This document shows, in pieces, positions 18,301 to 27,590 of a stretch of DNA of 64,000 bases (positions within the stretch are counted from its first letter, which is position 1; the number at the start of each line of letters is the position of its first letter). The notes under the pieces are model-generated. The model was not told the origin of the DNA. It searched no databases and saw only the letters and a program-made list of their open reading frames with translations. The DNA is from a virus (taxonomy: Duplodnaviria > Heunggongvirae > Uroviricota > Caudoviricetes). The position numbers and the translations under genes were made by a program. The stretch lies in the IMG/VR virus record IMGVR_UViG_3300042923_000692, positions 26,709 through 90,708 of that record; one strand, given 5' to 3'.

Positions 18301-19281
18301 CTGAGTCATAAGACTCTGATACTTGCGCGCAGGCAACAGCCGCTCGGAGGGATGAATATCGATCGTCCTACGAATAAGACCCGACTTGGAGTCGGTGAAC
18401 TTAACCGCAGAGTTCGAGCCAATGATGAAGAACGTGTCAAACCGACTCGTGTAAAGCGGCTTATTCTTCTCATTGATTTGGATGGGCTCGTGAGAAACCA
18501 TCGAGTTGAACTTGGTGTTGTCCTGAATCTTACTCAGGTCACCATCGTGATCGATCGCGAGAAGCGGATTCATTTTGAAGGCTTCCAGCGCAAACGCATT
18601 GCTCGCGCTGGTAAGCTCCTTCGCGTTGAACGCCTCCCAATATCCCTCAAACAGCATCTGGATGATGTTGATGATGGTACCCTTACCCGTACCCGGAGCA
18701 CCGTAGAAAATGACGAACTTCTGAATCGTCTTCGAGTCACCAGCGACAATTGAGCCGATGGTCCACTCGATTTTCCTACGCTCCTCCGGGTCGTACAGGG
18801 TGCTAACGATCTCTTCCCATGCCGGAGCTTCCCCGGGAGAGAGATCGTAGGGCAGTCGCTTTGTTACATAGTCCTCTTTCTTCACCTCACTGTTCTTGAA
18901 CGTGAGATGATCATCCAACTGGTGAAAGTTGTTCTCCAGATGACCAACATAGTTTCGGTAAGTCAGCCACGAATTCGTGTTGAAGTTTCCGAGCGTCTTG
19001 CGATAAATATCGAAAAGACCGGGTGTTTGGACCTCATAATTACGAATATCGGCATCGATCAGACGCTGAACATCGAATTCGTCTGTCGACCAAAGCTGTC
19101 TCTCTTCGTCCCAAATGGCGTAGAACTGCTTCCCCCGCACCATCAGGTCCTTCGATCGCTTAACTCGGAAGGACGGGTAAACCTCGAGAATTGCCTTCTT
19201 CTGGTTACCCGCCTCCTTCTCGAGAATCTCGTAGAAATCGAGAGTCTGCTTGCTCTTAAACGTATCGTTTACTTCGGTCAT
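15331..19281 (-). CDS. replication megaprotein: SF3/D5-like P-loop helicase + AEP primase + family-B DNA polymerase (3'-5' exo + pol)
   Basis: 1316 aa; Walker A GAPGTGKGT (~aa 200); AEP motifs VIDFDLKD and SGDGIHLHYYY (~aa 550); PolB ExoI FDVEVF, ExoII FNNRRYDNHILYG, ExoIII YCCND, motif A DVASMHPTS, motif B KIAINSVYG, motif C HIKTDS. Confidence 0.8.
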   Translation of the reverse strand: MTEVNDTFKSKQTLDFYEILEKEAGNQKKAILEVYPSFRVKRSKDLMVRGKQFYAIWDEERQLWSTDEFDVQRLIDADIRNYEVQTPGLFDIYRKTLGNFNTNSWLTYRNYVGHLENNFHQLDDHLTFKNSEVKKEDYVTKRLPYDLSPGEAPAWEEIVSTLYDPEERRKIEWTIGSIVAGDSKTIQKFVIFYGAPGTGKGTIINIIQMLFEGYWEAFNAKELTSASNAFALEAFKMNPLLAIDHDGDLSKIQDNTKFNSMVSHEPIQINEKNKPLYTSRFDTFFIIGSNSAVKFTDSKSGLIRRTIDIHPSERLLPARKYQSLMTQVKFELGAIAAHCHEVYQSMGKHYYAEYKPIEMMLQTDVFFNFIETHYDIFKAQDGATLRQAWDLWKLWVVDTQTEWKMPQHRFREEFRNYFESFEDRAVDINGERVRSYYSGFKADKFKSPTGKSEPQHMFSLVMEETESLLDKELAKFPAQYTNSQGNPRLYWDNSVRSKFDDKLGKTVEFVPEPDAIVSTVLKDLDTTQEHYVKVPENLIVIDFDLKDKDGKKSAERNLEAASTWPATYAEFSKSGDGIHLHYYYDGAVEELSYSYDDGIEVKVYKGNSALRRRLSLCNNVPIATINSGLPLKEKKSMDVNKLADERHIRALINKALRKEASPGGTKTNVDFIHHILEQAYKDGLVYDVTDQRNKIFSFASLSTNQAMPAMKLVQDMKFASEGRLEAAAEVPDTFKSERTLNADKEVLFDVEVFPNLFVICWMYKDAPKESIVTMINPSQREVEQLLGMKLVGFNNRRYDNHILYGAYLGFNNQQLYNLSQKIIGNVPNALFGEAYNLSYMDLYDVATVKMGLKKWEITLGIHHLELGIPWDQPVPKELWDKVAEYCCNDVWATNVVRNHLEPDVIARQILSELSGLPMNATTNAHTTKIIFGEERKPQSKFKYTDLGEMFPGYKYEMGKSTYRDEITGEGGYVYAEPGVYENVAVLDVASMHPTSIEQLDMFGEFTEKFSTIKTARVAIKRKDVDKVKELLGEKISRYLSDPMMAKALSDALKIAINSVYGLTSARFDNPFKDPRNIDNIVAKRGALFMIDLKHAVQEQGFQVVHIKTDSIKIPNATPEIIQFVMDFGAKYGYDFEHEETYRKMALVNDAVYIAQKADGKWDATGAQFAHPYVFKRLFSHEDIEFKDLCETKTVTTALYIDYTGIEDTPMALAKDLDENNMRFVGKAGSFCPMEPNAGGGYLLREKDGKFASATGAKGWFWLEAEMVETLGLQDQIDIKYFERLVDEAIDTINKFTTDLLTFEWFVDSQYELVQAA

Positions 19282-19299
19282 TACACCCCCTTTTCGAAA

Positions 19300-19887
19300 C
19301 TACCACGATGGACGACTGCTGGTATACGTACCCTCTAATAGATACGTAGACATTTGAGTCCACAGTTCGACTGTCCTTTGATCTTCCATCGCACGACGAA
19401 GTGGGAAGAGACCTCCCGTTCCGTCATAGTGATATGTCCTACGGTTCAACCGCTCAAGCACCTCTTCCACCTCCTCCTGGATGGAGATTTCAAAGATGTC
19501 GTCGGTGTATCGATCTAGCTCTAGATTGTGCACAAGACGCCAGAACCATTCAACGGGTGTCCCCTGAGACTCATCCTCAAAGGACACCCGTTCGGCAAGG
19601 GCGATAATCATCTCGAGCATACTGCACCCGAGATCAAACCAAAGCCCATAAGGATCGTTCAACTGATAACCGGTCGACTGAAGGAATCGGATCCGAAGAT
19701 CTTTTCCATCAGCCGCCCGGTTATCGTCGTTTGGCACGTATCCCTCAAACTGCTTAGTATACATCTGGCCAAGTAGCTGCCAGTGATTGAGAGCAGGGTT
19801 GCGGTTCTGAACGCTACTGACTAGGCCGTACAGCCACGTCAGATATGCCTCATCTAGAGATGGCGAACCATTAGTCATCGTCTCCAT
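19300..19887 (-). CDS. hypothetical protein
   Basis: 195-aa ORF. Confidence 0.5.
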   Translation of the reverse strand: METMTNGSPSLDEAYLTWLYGLVSSVQNRNPALNHWQLLGQMYTKQFEGYVPNDDNRAADGKDLRIRFLQSTGYQLNDPYGLWFDLGCSMLEMIIALAERVSFEDESQGTPVEWFWRLVHNLELDRYTDDIFEISIQEEVEEVLERLNRRTYHYDGTGGLFPLRRAMEDQRTVELWTQMSTYLLEGTYTSSRPSW

Positions 19888-20644
19888 CTCGCGAGTTCCG
19901 GCGAGTGCCGACGCGATCCGAGCCCTTAGGGATATTCAGCACGATCTCGGTGTACGAGCCCGAGTTTCGATGGACCTTGTAGTCCGTGCTGATCTGAGGG
20001 GCTCGAACGTAGACCACGTTGGGGTCGCCACTTCGAATACCGAAGAAGTCCAGGTGTACTTCTCCGATAAGATACTCGATATCGTCGACGGGGCGCTCAT
20101 CCTCGTCGGTCAGGGTGTCGTCATCCTCGTAGTAGACGATGTCCGACTTGTCCCACTCGGTCTCGGTAGTACGAAACTCCTCTTCCGAGATGAGGTAGGG
20201 CTTGTGCATGAGTCGAAGCTTGTCTCCGTCGTAGTCACGAAGAAGCAGACTCTCCTTCTCCTTGACACCCTTCGGCGGCTTCTCGTTTCGGTCGTAGATG
20301 GAGAGATTTCGCTCTCGCAGCTCTTCCTCCGCGTCGATCGTCCCATCCGGAGCAGGAGTCACCGTACGATATCCGAGCTGTCGAACGAAGTCCTCGGCTT
20401 CTGCGCGCTGCTCCTCTGAGAGGCCTGCACCGGGAACCGGAGTCGACTCGACATCCGCCGGGCTGTAAACGTTGACGATCTTCTTGCCATCGAACTTGGC
20501 GGCATAGGACGCCTTAACGTCGTCGATATCGCGCTGAGCACGCTCTGCGAAGGTCTTCTTGACCGTCACGTACGTGATTGCGCCACCGATGAGTGCTCCT
20601 CCAACAGAGGAGACCAGGGTGTTAATAAGCAATCGCTTGTCCAT
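19871..20644 (-). CDS. membrane-anchored acidic protein
   Basis: 257 aa; N-terminal TM helix. Confidence 0.5.
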   Translation of the reverse strand: MDKRLLINTLVSSVGGALIGGAITYVTVKKTFAERAQRDIDDVKASYAAKFDGKKIVNVYSPADVESTPVPGAGLSEEQRAEAEDFVRQLGYRTVTPAPDGTIDAEEELRERNLSIYDRNEKPPKGVKEKESLLLRDYDGDKLRLMHKPYLISEEEFRTTETEWDKSDIVYYEDDDTLTDEDERPVDDIEYLIGEVHLDFFGIRSGDPNVVYVRAPQISTDYKVHRNSGSYTEIVLNIPKGSDRVGTRRNSRDGDDD

Positions 20645-21078
20645 CAGTTGCTCTCCTTCTTGATGTTCGAGGCCTTACCAGACTGGCGTGCCGTTGATCG
20701 ATACTGTCGCTTGAACTGTCCCCGAGCCGGCTTTTCCAGCTCTTTCTTCAGACTCTGAAGACCCTCGTTGTCACGAAGCGGACGCTGCGTCAGGTGATCC
20801 TGGCGTACGAACGGCTTGTGCGTTCCGTCGCTGGGCGACGACTTCGTCGTAGAAGGCTTTTTCCCCGTCGTTGAGGTAGATGACCCCGACTCCGAAACTG
20901 TCTTCTTCGAGGACGACTTCGTGGAGCGAGATGATCCCGAGGGCTTCACACTCTTCGTCGAAGGCAGCTTCCCATTCGTTCGTGAGGAAGTAGTCAGCTC
21001 GGCGGCCAGTTCGACCTTCCGTGCTTCCTTCTTCTCGTCGATCTGCTTCTTCACGGCGGCGGGGGTGGGGATGTTCAT
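20644..21078 (-). CDS. S/T/K-rich low-complexity protein
   Basis: 144 aa. Confidence 0.45.
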   Translation of the reverse strand: MNIPTPAAVKKQIDEKKEARKVELAAELTTSSRTNGKLPSTKSVKPSGSSRSTKSSSKKTVSESGSSTSTTGKKPSTTKSSPSDGTHKPFVRQDHLTQRPLRDNEGLQSLKKELEKPARGQFKRQYRSTARQSGKASNIKKESN

Positions 21079-21147
21079 CTGACTTTCTCCTCTTATTGAT
21101 CTTGCGGCGACGGCTCTTAGCAGTCATTTAGTAAGGCCCTTCACATA

Positions 21148-21975
21148 TTAGATGAGGTCGAGGATGACTCCATCGACGTTGAAATCGAGCAGAATATAAC
21201 CGTTGCTTGCCTGCTGGTCCTTGATACCGAAGTCGATGTAGTCGTCGCCAGTACCCTTCTCGTAGACCCACCCAGTGACTGCGCCCGCCTTCGTGTCCGG
21301 AAGACCGAGCGCTCGAAGAACGTCATTCAGGAAGACGTGGCCCTTGACCTGAAGGCGATCATTGAAAATGCGCTCGAATCGAGTGACGAAGAACAGGTTG
21401 TCGTTATGACGACCCGACCAGTTGTCATTTTCCGGACCGAAGGAGTGAACGTAGTTACCCTGCGTGTCGTCGCGGGTTACGGACTTGACCTTCTTTCCGT
21501 CCTCTCCGACGATCGTCTCCTCGCGGAGTCCATATCGATACTTCGCGTCTGCCTCCTCGCCGTGCTCCTCCACAACACGCTTACGGTACTCGGCAAAGGC
21601 CTGCTCGAGACCCTTGTACGCACCAATAAGCGCGATATTGCGCTTGTGGAGAATGTTGTGTCCAACGAGAATGGTGACGATCGACGCTGCACCGAGCGTA
21701 ACCGGGATGCTGTAGAGCTTGGCCAGGTTGAAGATATTCTTCGCGACGGCCTTGTTAAGATCCGCCTGAGTGGCGTTCTCGTCACTCTTCACGACGTCAA
21801 GTCGATCGCGTGCCTCATCGAGAGTGCTCTCGAGCTTGAGCGTGTTTCGAGCCGCCAGAACGCCTGCGGTGACGAGACCGGCGATACCCACTGCAGTAAG
21901 AATCTGCGGCGAGTACTTCTGAAGCTGCAGCACGCTCCGGCTGAACGTACGCTGCAGAGCGGGGCTGATATTCAT
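21148..21975 (-). CDS. membrane protein, paralog family A (N-terminal TM, C-terminal FLNDVLRALG...GWV domain)
   Basis: 275 aa; paralogous to 34077..34862 and 33603..34001. Confidence 0.55.
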   Translation of the reverse strand: MNISPALQRTFSRSVLQLQKYSPQILTAVGIAGLVTAGVLAARNTLKLESTLDEARDRLDVVKSDENATQADLNKAVAKNIFNLAKLYSIPVTLGAASIVTILVGHNILHKRNIALIGAYKGLEQAFAEYRKRVVEEHGEEADAKYRYGLREETIVGEDGKKVKSVTRDDTQGNYVHSFGPENDNWSGRHNDNLFFVTRFERIFNDRLQVKGHVFLNDVLRALGLPDTKAGAVTGWVYEKGTGDDYIDFGIKDQQASNGYILLDFNVDGVILDLI

Positions 21976-22163
21976 CAGATTTCTCCTGTTACTTTTTTGT
22001 CTATGAATTGGGCGTCAGGACTAATCCAGGCCGCCGGTTCGTTGATCGTCTCGGAATATGTCCAGCCGTGCCAGAGCATATCTCTAACTATCGATCGAGG
22101 GAGGTTCGTGCGCTGTGAGATATGATCTACAGCTTCACGGGTTACCGTCGTGTGCTTGCCCAT
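21975..22163 (-). CDS. hypothetical protein
   Basis: 62 aa. Confidence 0.4.
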   Translation of the reverse strand: MGKHTTVTREAVDHISQRTNLPRSIVRDMLWHGWTYSETINEPAAWISPDAQFIDKKVTGEI

Positions 22164-22822
22164 TACGGCAAGACTTCGGGCTTCGGGAGGTCGAGAAGAT
22201 AACCCTCACGAATCTGAATAACGCTAGCGCGGGTGAGATTCGTCCAACCATACTTCTGGTCGGTGAATTCGCTCGAGATGTTGGCCGCGGTGTAGAGATC
22301 CACAACCTTAGCGTTCCCGTAGTTCTCGATGAGATCACGAAGCGAGTCGATCACCATTTCGGCGTCCGAACGCGTCTGGAAAATGATCTCGTTGAACGAG
22401 TGAGTTGCTCGTGCCTGCTGACTCAGCGGGGTCTGCGACTGCTGCTGACCGCCACCATTGAAGAACTTTCCATATCCAGAGGTAACTCGACTACCCACCA
22501 CACTACCGATAGCACCACCCGGACGAGCAGAACTGCCGTAGAGGATGCGGTTAATGCCCTGAGTAACCAGATCGGCGATGATGTTCTTAGTTCCAGGAAC
22601 CACAACCTCCAGAAGGAGATACTGACCCACTGACTGAGCGCTATCGCCGGCGTACGCAGTCAGGAATTTCTTACGAAGAGGCTCTTTTCGCTCGACTGCC
22701 GTGCCGGAAATGACCGGACCCGCGATTCGAGACGCTGGAGCGGCCTCCGGCTGCTTAGACTTGTTGCTGTTTGCGGCGTAGTTCATTGAACTGGAGTTCG
22801 CGGCGCCGTTTTCATCTGTCAT
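22163..22822 (-). CDS. hypothetical protein
   Basis: 219 aa. Confidence 0.5.
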   Translation of the reverse strand: MTDENGAANSSSMNYAANSNKSKQPEAAPASRIAGPVISGTAVERKEPLRKKFLTAYAGDSAQSVGQYLLLEVVVPGTKNIIADLVTQGINRILYGSSARPGGAIGSVVGSRVTSGYGKFFNGGGQQQSQTPLSQQARATHSFNEIIFQTRSDAEMVIDSLRDLIENYGNAKVVDLYTAANISSEFTDQKYGWTNLTRASVIQIREGYLLDLPKPEVLP

Positions 22823-22885
22823 GATGCTTCTTTCCTAAAAATCGAGCGAAAATAGAAGGCCCTGTGAGGGGTCTCCTATTTTGAG

Positions 22886-23161
22886 TCAGATCTCTTCCTT
22901 TGCGGAAGGGACTTCCTCCTCATCCGGAACGGGGTCTGCGGTCACGGTCGTGATCACGGATTCGACGTTGTCCATGACGATCTGCGAGAGCTTCGCTGCG
23001 AGGAGGCCGCCGACGATAGCCACACCGACCTTGATTCCGAATGCCGGGATGGCTTTCAGATCAGTCGGTACGAGCTGCTTGGCGACCCCATCGAACGCGA
23101 TACTCGCGGACGTCGTGACGACGATTCCGAGTACGGTCGGGATATGATCCTTTACGGACAT
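22886..23161 (-). CDS. small membrane protein
   Basis: 91 aa, 2 TM helices; preceded by a copy of the conserved promoter-like motif. Confidence 0.5.
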   Translation of the reverse strand: MSVKDHIPTVLGIVVTTSASIAFDGVAKQLVPTDLKAIPAFGIKVGVAIVGGLLAAKLSQIVMDNVESVITTVTADPVPDEEEVPSAKEEI

Positions 23162-23196
23162 GGGGTGGGGTTCCTTTCAAGAGATGAAATGGGTCT

Positions 23197-23225
23197 CATT
23201 ATAGGCCTTGTTTTTCCTGCGAGGA
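23197..23225 (-). promoter_or_regulatory. conserved promoter-like motif (copy a)
   Basis: minus strand CCTCGCAGGAAAAACAAGGCCTATAATGAGAC followed by TCTTGAAAGGAAC...ATG. Confidence 0.45.
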
Positions 23226-23293
23226 CCCAAAGAGGAAAGCGAGGCCGGGCGGGCCCTTTATACATACCCGCCCGACCTCAGTCTCTGAGAACT

Positions 23294-23974
23294 TTACCCG
23301 TAATTCGGATCCGACTCACGAACGCGGAACTCGGGCTCCGTCCGATCGACCTCCGCGGGCTGGGATGCCGACTCCTGGGAAGCCTTCCAGGCGAGGTATG
23401 CCTCCAGGTCGTACTGCTGGGGCGTATTCGCCTTCGTTGCTTCCTGGTTGATGATGGCCTTGGTAACCACGGGGTCCTGAACCATACCCTCGCTCAGACT
23501 CTGTCGCTGTGCCTGAGCCGCCGCAAACTGTGCACGAGCATCGGGCTGATACTGCTGCGCCGCCTGAGCCGATGCCTGGTTGGTGGCAAGCTGACGCTCG
23601 GCTGCGTCGAGAAGCTGAGCCGGAATAATCCCCTTGATGAAGGCGAGACCCTTGGCTGCGTCGTTATCCACCAGATCGAAGAGGAAATCGTCGTAGAATG
23701 CCGAGCGGATGAATCGGTTGGTGATCTCCGGCGACTTGTCGAAGTACTTACCGTCGTCCGACTTGAGACCGTATGAAGCGTGCGTGAGCTTCTTGAGGAG
23801 ATCCAGAATGCCACCGAGAGTAGGGTTGTCCTCGACCCGACGCATCATATTCGCCAGACCACCCTCGATGCTGTTCTCGAGGTCGATGATCTCGTTCTTG
23901 GTCAGGTTGAAGTACTCAACGGTCGTCTGGGCGTCGCCGTTGAAGTCGGTGAAGTGAATTGTTTCCTTGAGCAT
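23294..23974 (-). CDS. hypothetical protein (Q/A-rich C-terminus)
   Basis: 226 aa. Confidence 0.5.
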   Translation of the reverse strand: MLKETIHFTDFNGDAQTTVEYFNLTKNEIIDLENSIEGGLANMMRRVEDNPTLGGILDLLKKLTHASYGLKSDDGKYFDKSPEITNRFIRSAFYDDFLFDLVDNDAAKGLAFIKGIIPAQLLDAAERQLATNQASAQAAQQYQPDARAQFAAAQAQRQSLSEGMVQDPVVTKAIINQEATKANTPQQYDLEAYLAWKASQESASQPAEVDRTEPEFRVRESDPNYG

Positions 23975-23989
23975 TAGCTCTCCTTCTTA

Positions 23990-24250
23990 TTAGTTCGCGG
24001 ATGCCGCGATTGAGTTCTTGGTCTGGCGATAGATCTCTGCCGCAGACAGTGCGCCGACAGGATTATTCACCACGGGAAGTTCGTAGGTCGAGGACTTCTT
24101 GATCTTTCGCTTCTCGCGAGTCTTCGCCGAGTTGTGCGCATGCTTCACCATCTTGAAGACCGGTGTGCCTTCTCCGCCATGAATATAACCCCTGGCGTCC
24201 ACCGACCATCCTTCTCGGTCCGGTGCGGTATCGGTAGCGGCGTCGTTCAT
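23990..24250 (-). CDS. hypothetical basic protein
   Basis: 86 aa; AAGGAG SD. Confidence 0.5.
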   Translation of the reverse strand: MNDAATDTAPDREGWSVDARGYIHGGEGTPVFKMVKHAHNSAKTREKRKIKKSSTYELPVVNNPVGALSAAEIYRQTKNSIAASAN

Positions 24251-24404
24251 CGTGTTTCTCCTTGATAATCAGGGCTTCGATATCAAACGGGGTATCCAGG
24301 CCGTCATTCCAGAATGAGTTCCACTCAGCAAGTGGTGCGATCGCATTGAGCGCCAGATTCCACGCCTCGTGGGGTGACATCTCTGAAAGGTTCTCTGGAA
24401 TGAC

Positions 24405-24566
24405 GGCCTGGGGCTTACTTGATGAGTCGAGTATCATCAGGCTTGGCGATGGTACGGAGAGCACCCTTCTTGGTCCTCACCTTTTCCGTACCCTTCTTCC
24501 GATGGAAGTCCTTCGGAAGGCCAGACGGAGACCCATGCGGCATGGGAATCGGGTGCTGGCGCTCCA
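24405..24566 (-). CDS. 53-aa basic peptide (MERQHPIPMPHG...)
   Basis: ORF absent from the track; TAATG overlap with the upstream gene. Confidence 0.35.
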
Positions 24567-24785
24567 TTAGGAGTTCTCGACGGGGGTTGCGGGAGTGAAT
24601 CGCTCGAGGAATCGCTGGACCTTCTTCGCCGAGCGAGGCTGAGCGGTCCCCGAGAACTTGGTACCGGGAGGGCCCGGAACCGGCTGAGCGACGTACGAAC
24701 GCTGCTCGGGAGGGGTGGGAACCTTGGGCTTCTTCACGAGGGGAATGCCGGCGCGCTTGCGGGCCTTACGTGCTGCAGTGCTCAT
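24567..24785 (-). CDS. basic hypothetical protein
   Basis: 72 aa. Confidence 0.45.
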   Translation of the reverse strand: MSTAARKARKRAGIPLVKKPKVPTPPEQRSYVAQPVPGPPGTKFSGTAQPRSAKKVQRFLERFTPATPVENS

Positions 24786-24834
24786 CTATTTTCTCCTTGT
24801 TGTGAGGGTGATTGGAAAAGGGGTCTTAGATATG

Positions 24835-25203
24835 TTAGCTCTGGAGAGAAATCTCGAGATTCCGCTCAAGAGCGTTCGCGATGATCGGTGCGAAGTTGTA
24901 ATCGTGTTCCTTGAGCCAAGCCTTCACGACCGTCTGAATGGCGTCTTCGACCTGAGCCTTGATCTTGTCGGCGCCGATGATCTGACGGACCACATCTTCG
25001 GCGACTTTGGTGACTTCTCTCTGGAAAGCCGTAGCGAGAGGCGACGGCAACTTCTTTCGATTGTACGGATCTTCCTGCGCGGTCATCAAGAATGAAAGCG
25101 CATCCTGGACGAGTCGATCGCGGGTCTCCGGACCGATAGAATCCAGGATATGCTGCGCCAGAATTCCCTGCAATTGCTCATCGTTGATACTGAAATCAGC
25201 CAT
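24835..25203 (-). CDS. hypothetical protein (start MADFSIND)
   Basis: AGGAGAGAAACCG SD inside the TTCAATCAAAATAGGAG motif. Confidence 0.55.
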   Translation of the reverse strand: MADFSINDEQLQGILAQHILDSIGPETRDRLVQDALSFLMTAQEDPYNRKKLPSPLATAFQREVTKVAEDVVRQIIGADKIKAQVEDAIQTVVKAWLKEHDYNFAPIIANALERNLEISLQS

Positions 25204-25565
25204 CGGTTTCTCTCCTATTTTGATTGAAAACTCCCCGTATCGTGGGGCCGACGCCGGACTATATGACCCCCGTCGGGGTCTACCGGATAGCGTCATCGCC
25301 CTCTATTAGATCCGTCGGGGGCCTATTCCGAACAAAACGATAGAGTACGATGGATACGTTGTTTAGAGAATGAGACGGGTTCGCCGCACTAGGTTGCCAT
25401 TCATCACGCTATGATACGTGCTTTCAGCCACGGACGCATTACCAAGAGGCAATTCGACCCATCTCATTGGCAGTTTTTGAGGCAGAGTTACCGCTCTCCC
25501 CGAAGTATTAACCTGGTTCCAAACCGTGGGCTAGGCATCATCAGGTAGGGCTTCGGACCCTAATT

Positions 25566-27170
25566 CTATCGAACGAAGTTGGCGATCAGAGCCGGTGCGT
25601 TCGAGTCGAACCCTGCGATATCCAGGGCATTGAGATCGGACGGATCCGCCATCGAGAACTTGTTCGCAGTCACCGCGTTAACGATGATCTTCGCGTTCAC
25701 TCCCGAGACATGACGGTATCGCTCGAGCGCCTGGAACGGGTGGTGGTAACCCAGACCGTTCTCGTTGTCCGTGAAGAGAACGAAGGCGTCGACCTTCATG
25801 TCCTTCTGCAGAGCATCCATCATCGGGAGGGAGAGGTTTGTGCCCCGGAAGGGGAACGCGCCAGTCTCAGTCATCACAGTCTCGAGGGAATCCCGAGCGG
25901 TGATGTTGAGGAACTCCATCCGATCCTGGAAAGCACCGAAGTAGTGCTCACGCTCCGTTCGAGCCACCACCATCGCCATAACCGCGGCGATCTCACGAGG
26001 TGACAGCGGAACCTTGTCGGAAATCCGAGAAGGACCATCCATCGACTGTGAAACATCGATGCCGAGGTAGTGCGCCTTGCCGGTGGGCTCGACCGCAGCG
26101 AAGGAACCGTAGAACGATCCCTCGAGCGCTGCAACGATCCGACCAACGGGAGACCACTGGCTACGCTCGCCATATCCCTGACCGTAAGTACGCATCGCGA
26201 TGAGCGCATTGACGGGGTGGATACGAGCCTTACGAAGCTCGTCCGAGTCGGTGAGTCGATCCTCGATTCGTCCGGTCCAACCACCGAGTTGCGTGATCAG
26301 CCCCAGGTTGGTAAGACGAGGAAGCTGGCGGATGAGCGCCCCAAGAGGCACGTTTCCCTCGAGAAGGGCCTCCCACACGGGGACATCGTTCAACACTTCG
26401 GTCGGAAGCATCTCCCACGAGAGACCATACTCGCGGATGATACGAGGAATATCCCGAGCGTCAGCGGTCTTGGCGATCTCGAAGCCCTGAACGACACGAG
26501 GAAGTTCCTCGATCGCGACAGACTTACCAAGCGCCCAGTCCAGAAGCGGACCAGAGGAGGGACGGTCGCTCGACTTGACGTACTTCGACAGACGAAGCGT
26601 ACGAGAGTGATCGAACCCACCGCGCTGACGGTACTTGACCATCTGGTAGGCAAGCTTGTCGACCGGCTTCTCGTTGTACCAGCGTCCGATCGCCTTCTTG
26701 AGACCCGTTCCGCCCAGGTTCTTGAACTGGGACAGATATCCGAGGAACTCGAAAAGGGTCGAAGCCGTCCGAGCGACTGCCTGGATCGCCTGGAATCCGA
26801 GGTTCTTCACCTTCGGGTCTTCCGTCGAGGCGATCACCAGAGCCAGAGCGAACAGACCAGGAGACTGGCTCGGCGCCCGGCCAGAAACTGAAACCTCTGT
26901 GATGAGGTCGATCAGCTCGATAGCCCGGTCGGACTCGGCGAGCTTCTTGATCGTCTCGGCGTTCTTCATGGCGAGCTTGCCGCCGGCCTGGTAGAACGAG
27001 GACTCCGATCCGAGGATCAGGAATCGCTCGGCACGCTTCATGTCATCGATCTTGAAGACGTATCCGCCCTGGTGGCTCTTGACCTGGTCGGGGGTGGCGC
27101 GGACTGTCGCGGGGGTCGTGTTTCGGTGTGCTGCGTGTCCAAATGACACACCGCGGAGTGAGTTGGGCAT
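25566..27170 (-). CDS. rsr: Ro60 orthologue (Rsr): TROVE domain + C-terminal vWA
   Basis: 534 aa; TROVE-like N-terminal region; MIDAS-type GIDVSQSMDG in the C-terminal vWA; GAAGGAG SD. Confidence 0.75.
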   Translation of the reverse strand: MPNSLRGVSFGHAAHRNTTPATVRATPDQVKSHQGGYVFKIDDMKRAERFLILGSESSFYQAGGKLAMKNAETIKKLAESDRAIELIDLITEVSVSGRAPSQSPGLFALALVIASTEDPKVKNLGFQAIQAVARTASTLFEFLGYLSQFKNLGGTGLKKAIGRWYNEKPVDKLAYQMVKYRQRGGFDHSRTLRLSKYVKSSDRPSSGPLLDWALGKSVAIEELPRVVQGFEIAKTADARDIPRIIREYGLSWEMLPTEVLNDVPVWEALLEGNVPLGALIRQLPRLTNLGLITQLGGWTGRIEDRLTDSDELRKARIHPVNALIAMRTYGQGYGERSQWSPVGRIVAALEGSFYGSFAAVEPTGKAHYLGIDVSQSMDGPSRISDKVPLSPREIAAVMAMVVARTEREHYFGAFQDRMEFLNITARDSLETVMTETGAFPFRGTNLSLPMMDALQKDMKVDAFVLFTDNENGLGYHHPFQALERYRHVSGVNAKIIVNAVTANKFSMADPSDLNALDIAGFDSNAPALIANFVR

Positions 27171-27223
27171 CGGTTTTCTCCTTCGGATCTCTGGGTAGAG
27201 ACGGGTAGCGAGTAGACAGGGGT

Positions 27224-27291
27224 ACGACGGTGCGGGTTTATCCCCAAGCGGGGATATCTTAAGATGGAAGATGACGCATTGTCTTGGATCT
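27224..27291 (-). ncRNA. Y-RNA-like module 8 (hairpin type), directly upstream of rsr
   Basis: bounded by AGATCCAAG and CTGTCT; contains ATCCCC-GCTT-GGGGAT tetraloop hairpin. Confidence 0.4.
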
Positions 27292-27336
27292 ACTCGGGTT
27301 TGGACATCTAGACAGGTTTGTGATATTCGACTTTTT

Positions 27337-27426
27337 AGACAGTTGCTCTGCCGATTGAGCTACACGTCATAGAGACGCGACGGGACTTGAACCCGTAACA
27401 CACGGATAACCGAATATCTTGGATCT
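27337..27426 (-). ncRNA. Y-RNA-like module 7 with permuted tRNA-like domain (YrlA-like)
   Basis: order T-arm ACGGG-TTCAAGT-CCCGT, acceptor 3' strand CGCGTC, loop TCTAT, acceptor 5' strand GACGTG, D-arm GCTC-AATCGGCA-GAGC. Confidence 0.5.
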
Positions 27427-27443
27427 AGATGGACTTGGGATTC

Positions 27444-27561
27444 AGACAGGGAATTGATGATCGATAAGCGTGTTGCCGATTACACTACGAAGCTAATGCT
27501 TCGGTGGGATTCGAACCCACAATACTCTTTCCGCATAAGATAACCGATCAAACTTGGATCT
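27444..27561 (-). ncRNA. Y-RNA-like module 6 with permuted tRNA-like domain
   Basis: T-arm GTGGG-TTCGAAT-CCCAC, then CGAAGC-ATTA-GCTTCG acceptor hairpin, then D-arm GTGT-AATCGGCA-ACAC. Confidence 0.5.
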
Positions 27562-27590
27562 GAATCGTGCTGGAACTACAGTTAAACCCC

